A stretch of DNA of 63,550 nt, taken from positions 1 to 63,550 of the IMG/VR virus record IMGVR_UViG_3300035201_000143; one strand, 5' to 3'. Positions 18,006 through 25,443 of the stretch are shown piece by piece (positions within the stretch are counted from its first letter, which is position 1; each line of letters starts with the position of its first letter). A model generated the notes under the pieces. The model was given only the letters and a program-made list of their open reading frames with translations, was not told the DNA's origin and did not search any database. The stretch comes from a virus (lineage: Duplodnaviria; Caudoviricetes). The position numbers and the translations under genes are program-made.

Positions 18006-19698
18006 CAGACTTGTTAGGTACCTTAACTAGTTTTTGAATTTCTGGGAGATACATATACTCTATCTCACTCGTGTCTAATGTCTCTATCGCATCATGGATT
18101 GTTTCAACCAGAGGTTCACCTCCAAGATTGAAACTAGTGTTAAAGAGTATAGGTACATCTGTAATCTTATGGAAAGCATTAATGAGTTTGTAGTAATGTT
18201 CATTTTGTTCCTCAGTCACAGTTTGTATACGACAGGTTCCATCAACATGAATTACTGATGGAATCTTTTCTTCGACACCCTCAAGACATCTAACAGCATA
18301 CATCATATGAGGTGTCTCTTCTCTTCCTAATAGATCAAACCATTCATGAACATGTTCCTTTTTAATAGAACATGCAAATGGTCTAAACCATTCACGATGC
18401 TTAACACCATTAACAATATCCTTACCATCCTTGACAGTAGGATCAAATAAGATAGAACGATTACCTAAAGCACGTGGACCACCTTCTGATCTTCCTTGGA
18501 AGATAGTAACAATATTACCCTGACGAATAAGTGCAGCAACAGAATCATAATCAGTATCTGTTACATCAAGTCCAGCAATGGCATTCTCATAAGTATTAGG
18601 ATCATACTGAGGACCATAGTAAACAGATGCTTGTTTTCTAGGTTCTTCATTGTCAGTAAGTTGATGCCACTTATACAGTGCTCCACCAATAGATGTTCCA
18701 CCATCATGTGAAATAGGTTCACAATAGATGTTTAGATCTGGGAAACGTTCCCAATACTTATAGTTTGCAACACAGTTAAGACCATACCCACCACAAACTA
18801 CTATGTTCTTTTCATTAGTTAACTCAACTGCTTTATCAATCAATTGACACATACGTTCAGAAGTTTGTTCTTGAATCTTATATGCCATATCCTTTTGGAT
18901 ATCTGTATGTTCTAGAATCTCACCCTGTTGATGATTCTTAAAATCATTCTTTAGTATCTCAAACCTATTGTGGTTAAGAGTAGCAGCATTAGGATATGTT
19001 GGAACAATCAAATCTCTGTTGCCCCATTCCCCATTAAAGAATGATGGTAGTTCATCATTCGGTTTACCGTATGGAGCAAGACCCATAAGTTTACCTGCTT
19101 CAATAGCAGGGAACCCACAATACTGTGTCACCGCTTCATACATCTTGGTATGACCAGGATATTCAGTAATGAATGTATTTGGTTCTGGTTCATGGAAACC
19201 AATAGCAGCCTTAGTTCCTACATGTTTCCATACTGATTCAAACTCTTCTGGATATTCTGCATGGAAGATAGTTTCAAATTCATATAAGGTATCTGGAACC
19301 TCATTCATTGACAAGAAACTTCCAGCACCATCTGCAATAACACATGCAGCAGATTCAAATCCAGAATTATAGAAACCACATGCAGCATGCATTTCATGGT
19401 GATTCAAATCAATGTAAGTTGTTTCAAACTCAAATTTCTTACGAGCAATCTTCCTTACAAATCCTTCATACATATGCTCACCAGTCCAATCTAAATTAGG
19501 ACCAGATCTATGTGTATGACAAACAACTAGATGATCAATATGATCAACATACTCAAATGCTTTAAGTATACCTAGCATAGGAGAACCATCATACTTGAAT
19601 CTAGTAAGACGTTCCTCTTCGAGATAGAATACTATCTCACCATCTACCATTAAGGTAGTACTTCCATTGTGTCCACGTGCGACAGCTAAAATAATCAT
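17998..19698 (-). CDS. Carbamoyltransferase (NodU/CmcH family), copy A
   Basis: EEERLTR, HHEMHA, ADGAG, GKLMGLAPYG, GGYGLNCVAN, GPRALGNRS, KHREWFRPFA, HVDGTCRIQT and NTSFNLGGEP. Confidence 0.93.
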   Translation of the reverse strand: MIILAVARGHNGSTTLMVDGEIVFYLEEERLTRFKYDGSPMLGILKAFEYVDHIDHLVVCHTHRSGPNLDWTGEHMYEGFVRKIARKKFEFETTYIDLNHHEMHAACGFYNSGFESAACVIADGAGSFLSMNEVPDTLYEFETIFHAEYPEEFESVWKHVGTKAAIGFHEPEPNTFITEYPGHTKMYEAVTQYCGFPAIEAGKLMGLAPYGKPNDELPSFFNGEWGNRDLIVPTYPNAATLNHNRFEILKNDFKNHQQGEILEHTDIQKDMAYKIQEQTSERMCQLIDKAVELTNEKNIVVCGGYGLNCVANYKYWERFPDLNIYCEPISHDGGTSIGGALYKWHQLTDNEEPRKQASVYYGPQYDPNTYENAIAGLDVTDTDYDSVAALIRQGNIVTIFQGRSEGGPRALGNRSILFDPTVKDGKDIVNGVKHREWFRPFACSIKKEHVHEWFDLLGREETPHMMYAVRCLEGVEEKIPSVIHVDGTCRIQTVTEEQNEHYYKLINAFHKITDVPILFNTSFNLGGEPLVETIHDAIETLDTSEIEYMYLPEIQKLVKVPNKSDD

Positions 19699-19700
19699 AG

Positions 19701-20891
19701 TTACTTACCTTTTGTCATATCAGCAAACCCAGAAGGAACTTTACTTAAGGGTTTGATGTCAGATTGATCAGCCATTAATGCTGGTATTAGATTTGGATTG
19801 TTAGACTTGACGGGTTTGCTACCACCTAGTTGTGGCATAGGCATTCCTTTACCTGAAGTCATCTGCTTTTTGTATTCCTCCTCCATCGCTAGAGTTTGGT
19901 CTACTTGTTGCTGCATCTCGTCAGGAAGTCTGATAACTTTATCAGAAGCTTTATAATGCTTCTTCATTAGTTTATCAACCTCTTGCATAATGACAGATTC
20001 AACCTTATCATTCATTGCCATAATACGGTCATTGACTCGGTTGGTATATTCATCAATAGTGATCCGAATAGGATCGTATACTCTTAGACCTTCACCCATA
20101 TCAAGAACACTAAACTTCTTGTCATCTGGGTAACTGATATTTTCTTTGAATGTAGACCCAACAACTACAACTGCTGGTTTGTCAAATGCTTTAGCGATAT
20201 GTTGTCCAACAGAATCACATCCAATGAATAGATCTGCTGCTTTGATAGCACCAGCGAGTTCTCTTAATGGTCTGTTAACAGGATGAGATACAGTATCAGT
20301 AAACCCTTCTTTCTCAAAATCAATTGTTAATTCTGATAGAAGAATAACAGAATACTTTTTCTGTAACTTCTTAATAATACTGATGACATTATTAAATTCA
20401 AAACTTCTTCCAGAAGTATCCATAATAATATTACCAGCAGTCTGAACTCCTCTACCAAATGGTTGGAAGACTACGGTTTTCTTTTTCTTAGTTCTTTGAC
20501 GAACCTCCTCTACAATAAAAATTCCAGTTGTTTCTTCTTCTCTGGAAAGTTTAACTGTTGGTGCAGGAAGATCTCTTGGTTCTTTCAAACCATTGATCTC
20601 AATATCAAATGCTTGAGCGAGGTTGCATTTTTGATTATAGTAATGCCAGATTCTATATGGTTCTGGTGTAACTATATCTGTGTGTTTAATCTTGTCTTCA
20701 AAAAGATCTTTATGCCAGTGATCGTAGCATCTCCTGTGTAGAATAGGATGACCTTTAAAGAAATCTGTACCACCTTCACAGACAATTACAAAGTCTTCGT
20801 CTGGGTGGTCTTCGGCATATTTTTCAAATGCAGGGATAGAGCATAGTACACGTCCAGCTCCACCGTTAATAAAAAACGATTTGGGTCTCAT
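19701..20891 (-). CDS. GT-B glycosyltransferase, GT9/heptosyltransferase-like
   Basis: N-terminal GGAGRVLCSIPA (cf. GD.....P of GT9) and C-domain AIKAADLFIGCDSVGQHIAKAFDKPAVVVVGST (GT9 DSG..H.A.A...P motif); first gene of an operon that contains heptose genes. Confidence 0.78.
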   Translation of the reverse strand: MRPKSFFINGGAGRVLCSIPAFEKYAEDHPDEDFVIVCEGGTDFFKGHPILHRRCYDHWHKDLFEDKIKHTDIVTPEPYRIWHYYNQKCNLAQAFDIEINGLKEPRDLPAPTVKLSREEETTGIFIVEEVRQRTKKKKTVVFQPFGRGVQTAGNIIMDTSGRSFEFNNVISIIKKLQKKYSVILLSELTIDFEKEGFTDTVSHPVNRPLRELAGAIKAADLFIGCDSVGQHIAKAFDKPAVVVVGSTFKENISYPDDKKFSVLDMGEGLRVYDPIRITIDEYTNRVNDRIMAMNDKVESVIMQEVDKLMKKHYKASDKVIRLPDEMQQQVDQTLAMEEEYKKQMTSGKGMPMPQLGGSKPVKSNNPNLIPALMADQSDIKPLSKVPSGFADMTKGK

Positions 20892-20938
20892 AATATTTTA
20901 ATATAGAATGATATAGAAGATTTATTCAACTTCACTAC

Positions 20939-20946
20939 TATTTATA
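20939..20946 (-). promoter_or_regulatory. T4-type late promoter driving the enzyme operon
   Basis: Exact TATAAATA immediately after the terminator and ~48 nt before the glycosyltransferase start. Confidence 0.75.
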
Positions 20947-20951
20947 CGCAT

Positions 20952-20980
20952 AAAAAAGGACGGATATTACTCCGTCCTTT
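20952..20980 (-). terminator. Intrinsic terminator
   Basis: Stem AAGGACGGA / TCCGTCCTT with 6-nt loop and a T-run on the minus strand, just after the 21000 stop. Confidence 0.85.
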
Positions 20981-20999
20981 AATTATCTCGAACTTTGTT

Positions 21000-21827
21000 T
21001 TACCAACCATCAACTGATTTGATTGCTTCAGGAGCAGGAGTATCAGAAGACTTGGTTAATCCTGTTGCAGCATCGATCAATGAATCATAGTCATTAACAC
21101 GATAGTCATATCCATCGATCCAAGGAGTGCGAGGATCATCAGGGAATGGAATCATGTGTGGTCCCCAACCATCAGCAGCAGGGAATTTTGTATAAAGTTG
21201 ATTCAATTCTGCAATAAATGCTGTAAGAGCAGCTCTTTGCTGATCAGTAAGGTTACCCTGACCACCATTCTCAGTTGCTTCTGCATCTAAGTTTGCTTGT
21301 GCGTCTGCGACTAGACCGTCACGTGCAGCTTTGTGTTGCTCCATTGTGATCCAAGGCTTGAACCAAGGAAGAGGAGACTTCCATGCACCACCAGCAACGT
21401 CATATTCAATCTCGTCAGCAGCATAGGTATGATCAGGTGAGACTGGATCTGGACGCTCATAATATACAGTATCGTCACCAGTAATCTTGTACTCTTTCTG
21501 AGTGTAACCAGATGCCTTACCTGTATCTTTAGGGAAGTAGATAGCACCGATGACTGCTTCCTCATCCGTAGGAGAGTTCATGTCAATCTTAACGGCGACC
21601 TGATCTACACCAGCACGAGTATTAGCATGCTCGATGTCGTCAGCATTAGGTTCCCTATTGAACCCAATTGTTGATTGAGAGACTTGAAGTTTACCACTTG
21701 CTTTGTCTACAAAAACAAACAACCAACGTGGTCCCTCGTAAGTCCAACTTGCTGTCTTAGCGTCGTTGTCTGTCTGAGCCAAATAGTCATCAGGCAACTT
21801 GTATGTAAATGTTTTTGAAAAAGCCAT
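21000..21827 (-). CDS. Hypothetical protein, possible tail-fibre assembly chaperone
   Basis: C-terminal W...ARDGLV...LTDQQRAALTAFIAELNQL...FP..P resembles Tfa-type chaperone endings; follows the Cys-rich fibre-like genes; own promoter and terminator. Confidence 0.6.
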   Translation of the reverse strand: MAFSKTFTYKLPDDYLAQTDNDAKTASWTYEGPRWLFVFVDKASGKLQVSQSTIGFNREPNADDIEHANTRAGVDQVAVKIDMNSPTDEEAVIGAIYFPKDTGKASGYTQKEYKITGDDTVYYERPDPVSPDHTYAADEIEYDVAGGAWKSPLPWFKPWITMEQHKAARDGLVADAQANLDAEATENGGQGNLTDQQRAALTAFIAELNQLYTKFPAADGWGPHMIPFPDDPRTPWIDGYDYRVNDYDSLIDAATGLTKSSDTPAPEAIKSVDGW

Positions 21828-21850
21828 AACCTTTGATACCTATACCTTGT

Positions 21851-21858
21851 TATTTATA
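21851..21858 (-). promoter_or_regulatory. T4-type late promoter TATAAATA
   Basis: Exact motif in the intergenic gap upstream of 21827. Confidence 0.75.
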
Positions 21859-21879
21859 CAATTGAATTAGTTTTCTACT

Positions 21880-22776
21880 TTACGGATCAGCGACCTTGAA
21901 GTTAATGCGGATCATACCAGCGGTACCGTTCTGTCCATGACAGCATCCACCACCACAAGTCCAACCAGAAGGACCACCAACTCCAGGAACATAGTTATGT
22001 TCTGAGAAGGATCCACCCCAACCTAGTTGAGCAGTTGACCAGTGAAGTAAGCAATAACCACATCCACTGTTTTCGCACTGAACACCAGTCATCCATCCAC
22101 CCTTGCCGTTAACAAGACCAGCAGGATAAGGAATATGTTGCTTATTATAGCAATGCTCATTGTAGCAGAACATATAAGCAGCACCAGGAACTCCTTTAGC
22201 ACCACCATCGGCACCATAGAAGTCAGCACAGCATCCATAAGGACAACTAGAGAGACACATTGCTCTCCATGTGCAGCAACATAAGAAGCAGCAAGAACAT
22301 CCAGCACCACCACCTTTAGCACAGAAGTTACTTAAACCATAACCTGTGATATAGGATGGATTACCCATCTGACCACACTGACTACCTTGTCTACCACAAC
22401 CAGGAGTTCCAATATGAACATCATATACACAGTTTGCTATAGAAGCACCCTGAATACGTTTCCATGCGTATGCACCAGCACCACCAGGAATACCACGTGA
22501 ACAGCAACAAGAAGATCCACCGCCTCCACCAGCACCCCAGATCTCAAAGATAACATCACAAACATTATCAGGAACACACCACATTGGGTATCTATAGTAG
22601 TTATAACTTGTCGAGTGATCTTGACAAGTAGAACCACAATGAGGAGTGATATACTGCGTACAATAACCAGCAGCGGGTAACCGTGCTAGTTTTGTAGTAG
22701 CATCAGGATCAGATAATCCCATCAATGAATCTGACGTAACGAATCCTAATAGATCTCGTAAATTAGTATTTGGCAT
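21880..22776 (-). CDS. Cys/Gly-rich protein, paralog 3 (putative fibre tip/adhesin)
   Basis: WCVP..FEIWGAGGGGGSSCCC..GGAGAY glycine-rich domain; ~30 Cys in 298 aa. Confidence 0.8.
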   Translation of the reverse strand: MPNTNLRDLLGFVTSDSLMGLSDPDATTKLARLPAAGYCTQYITPHCGSTCQDHSTSYNYYRYPMWCVPDNVCDVIFEIWGAGGGGGSSCCCSRGIPGGAGAYAWKRIQGASIANCVYDVHIGTPGCGRQGSQCGQMGNPSYITGYGLSNFCAKGGGAGCSCCFLCCCTWRAMCLSSCPYGCCADFYGADGGAKGVPGAAYMFCYNEHCYNKQHIPYPAGLVNGKGGWMTGVQCENSGCGYCLLHWSTAQLGWGGSFSEHNYVPGVGGPSGWTCGGGCCHGQNGTAGMIRINFKVADP

Positions 22777-22799
22777 CTCTAGTTCCTAGTCCTCAGTAT

Positions 22800-23735
22800 T
22801 TAGTTAAAGTAGAACCACGCACAGTCGCTATTGCCTTCCTTGATCCAGCAAGAGCAATAGGTAAGTCTAATTAGACCACCGCCTCCACGCCATCCATAGC
22901 AGCATCCTCCACCACATGCAGTAGCAGATGGTGAACCAACTCCTGGAAGTCCTGGACCTCCATTACAGTTGATGTTATATGCCCAAGGAGTCGTTCCAGT
23001 ACAATACATGTATTCGTTAATACATGCATTACCATGATTATTTTGTGATAACCAACCACCTTTCTGGTTAATAAGACCAGCAGGATAAGGCATCATACCT
23101 TTAGCCCAGCAGTTATTTTGGTTACAAGTGTTCAAGAAGAATCCTGGTCTACCACCAATCATCTCATCTCCACCATAGGAGCATGATTGATCACAATGTA
23201 GATACCATCCTCCACATCCACCCCAAGAAACTTTGTCCTTACATCTGTAAGTTGAATCCCAGAAAGCCCAGCAGCATGTTTTGCCAGGAAGACCACCATT
23301 AGCACAAAGGTTACTTAAGTTACAACCTTGTACCCATGTCTTACATCCATTAATACCACAGCAACAACGAGAGCAACAAGTAGTTGATGCAACACATAGT
23401 TGGTAACACCAACCACCTTGTACTAGGGGATACTCTAATGTCTTACGGACATATGCACCAGCACCACCAGGCATACCCTGTTGACAGCAACAAGCACCAC
23501 CGCCTGAACCGCCTCCACCCCATAACTCGAAAGTTAATTGAGTAGTACCACAAGGAACACACCAGTACTGAATACAATAGTTTCTGTAACTACTGTCACA
23601 GTTACCTTGGTTACAGTAAGGGTGGAACACGAAGACCCTGCCTTCATGGTTCCTTTCAAGTGCAGTATTCTCAGAGACCGTTTGATCTATAGTACTTGCG
23701 AACTCCCTACCTAATAGTTCTCTTAAATTTGCCAT
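22800..23735 (-). CDS. Cys/Gly-rich protein, paralog 2
   Basis: WCVP..FELWGGGGSGGGACCC..GGAGAY; ~35 Cys in 311 aa. Confidence 0.8.
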   Translation of the reverse strand: MANLRELLGREFASTIDQTVSENTALERNHEGRVFVFHPYCNQGNCDSSYRNYCIQYWCVPCGTTQLTFELWGGGGSGGGACCCQQGMPGGAGAYVRKTLEYPLVQGGWCYQLCVASTTCCSRCCCGINGCKTWVQGCNLSNLCANGGLPGKTCCWAFWDSTYRCKDKVSWGGCGGWYLHCDQSCSYGGDEMIGGRPGFFLNTCNQNNCWAKGMMPYPAGLINQKGGWLSQNNHGNACINEYMYCTGTTPWAYNINCNGGPGLPGVGSPSATACGGGCCYGWRGGGGLIRLTYCSCWIKEGNSDCAWFYFN

Positions 23736-23750
23736 TAGTTTATCTCTCTA

Positions 23751-24677
23751 TCAGGATTTGCAGAATAATGTGACTCTGACGAGACCGTGAGCACCCTCAG
23801 AAGAACAGCAGCAACCGCCACCGAATACCTGAGCAGATACACCACCAGATCCAGGAGGACCATTTCTCCAGCAGTCTCCAGAGAGTCCACCGTTGTTTCC
23901 CGTCAACCATAATGTAGCTCGTCTACCACAAGATGCCATATCAGGCTTTCTCATAGAGTGATGAACACCATATCGAGCACCGTACATAGGTGCAGTTGGG
24001 TGATAATCTTTCTTCATACACCAGTTACCACAACCAGGGTTGCAATCATAATGAATGTATGGTGAAAGACCGTTCCAATACCATTTACCAGCATTTTCGC
24101 ATGATTGCATACAAGCATCATTATCTAATGTGTAATGGTCAGATTGCATCCTGCAACATGCAGGACCACATTGGTGTATCCTTGTCCTACAAGCGAAGTA
24201 TGAATCTACCCAGTGGCAACAGTTCCATCCGTGACAACCACCACAAGCACAGAAGTCGCTTAAACCTGGACCAGAAACATATGACTTACAACCGTCGTAA
24301 CCACCTCTGGAGGGGTGCCTACATGTACCACCAGCGACACATATATCGTAACAACAGTTATCTAACTGAGAAACGCCCTGAACAGCAGCACAGACAGTAC
24401 ATGATTGATACTGACCTGAGAAACCATTCCACGCAATAGAGCAGCAGCAAGTACCAGATCCACCGCCTCCTCCTCCCCAGAGTTCGAACTTGACCTTACA
24501 GATGCAGCAGTTAGGAACGCACCATCTTATACGTTGCCAGTCATAGTTGTAAGAACTACCATGTTCCCAACAGTGACTACCCCTGTAGTATAATTGATGT
24601 TGACCCCCACCCATATATGTTTGTATGGGTACTACATTAGCGTCAGGTACATCTAATAAATCTCGTAAACTTGACAT
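23751..24677 (-). CDS. Cys/Gly-rich protein, paralog 1
   Basis: WCVP..FELWGGGGGGSGTCCC; ~34 Cys in 308 aa; shared N-terminal LR.LL motif. Confidence 0.8.
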   Translation of the reverse strand: MSSLRDLLDVPDANVVPIQTYMGGGQHQLYYRGSHCWEHGSSYNYDWQRIRWCVPNCCICKVKFELWGGGGGGSGTCCCSIAWNGFSGQYQSCTVCAAVQGVSQLDNCCYDICVAGGTCRHPSRGGYDGCKSYVSGPGLSDFCACGGCHGWNCCHWVDSYFACRTRIHQCGPACCRMQSDHYTLDNDACMQSCENAGKWYWNGLSPYIHYDCNPGCGNWCMKKDYHPTAPMYGARYGVHHSMRKPDMASCGRRATLWLTGNNGGLSGDCWRNGPPGSGGVSAQVFGGGCCCSSEGAHGLVRVTLFCKS

Positions 24678-24697
24678 TTGACTACCTTAGTATTTCA

Positions 24698-25021
24698 TTA
24701 GTTGGATAGTATGGACCATCCGTATGCAGAACCCGTATAGATGAGCTCAAGAGAAGCATTTTTAATATCAAAATCAAGATCTTCTGCTAAATTAGCAATC
24801 TTGTGTCCATTACGAGCAATCGTTACTTTATTAGTATCACAATTACCAGCAGCATCAATCAAATTGATTCTGTCGCCAATTTTTCCGTTGGCAGGTAATG
24901 TGGCTGTAAAAGCTGATCCTGTTGTGTCAAGTAGCAGAATTTGTCCACTCAAAATAGAATGAGCAGAGGTAACTGCTACAGTTTCCCTTGTGTCAGATAC
25001 TGGTGTTAGGTTGCGTCCCAT
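24698..25021 (-). CDS. Small tail-fibre-associated beta-domain protein (107 aa)
   Basis: DTT...FT.TLP...GD.I..ID..G....N.VTI.RNG..I...LELIY....GW pattern seen in T4-like fibre domains; paralogous to the C-terminal domain of 29951..30412. Confidence 0.75.
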   Translation of the reverse strand: MGRNLTPVSDTRETVAVTSAHSILSGQILLLDTTGSAFTATLPANGKIGDRINLIDAAGNCDTNKVTIARNGHKIANLAEDLDFDIKNASLELIYTGSAYGWSILSN

Positions 25022-25045
25022 TGTTCTAAAATCTCCTTGTAATTA

Positions 25046-25053
25046 TATTTATT
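25046..25053 (-). promoter_or_regulatory. Late promoter variant AATAAATA
   Basis: NATAAATA in the intergenic gap upstream of 25021. Confidence 0.55.
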
Positions 25054-25063
25054 AATTAGTTAA

Positions 25064-25387
25064 TCAAGCGGTTGATTCTTCAACGCCATAAGCAGAGATA
25101 CTGACACCAGTCGTATCTGAGAAAGCAACAAGTTTCTTACCTGTTTGCATTGCAAAACCAGTTCTTTCAAGAACTCCGTATCCTCCAATCTCAGCATTGT
25201 ATTCAACATACTCAGCAGCAGTAGGTGTATCGGCAGCAGCAATTGCTACTCGTACATCAACGGCTGTTGCGTTGGTGTTGACAATGTTGAAGTTGCAATA
25301 TGCCACAGTACTTGCTGGTACTGTGTATATTGTTGTTAGTGTGTTAGCGGCTAGGGATTGTTGAGTCCCCAATACTCCAGAAGCCAT
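25064..25387 (-). CDS. Small virion structural/adaptor protein (107 aa)
   Basis: MASGVLG..IYTVP..VRVAI..YVEY..LERTG; Shine-Dalgarno GGAG upstream; same domain occurs twice in 11277..12410. Confidence 0.8.
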   Translation of the reverse strand: MASGVLGTQQSLAANTLTTIYTVPASTVAYCNFNIVNTNATAVDVRVAIAAADTPTAAEYVEYNAEIGGYGVLERTGFAMQTGKKLVAFSDTTGVSISAYGVEESTA

Positions 25388-25425
25388 TTTCTATTCTCCG
25401 AAATGCAGATGTAGTGGTTGTATGA

Positions 25426-25433
25426 TATTTATA
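25426..25433 (-). promoter_or_regulatory. T4-type late promoter TATAAATA
   Basis: Exact motif in the intergenic gap upstream of 25387. Confidence 0.75.
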
Positions 25434-25443
25434 TAGTGGGGGA

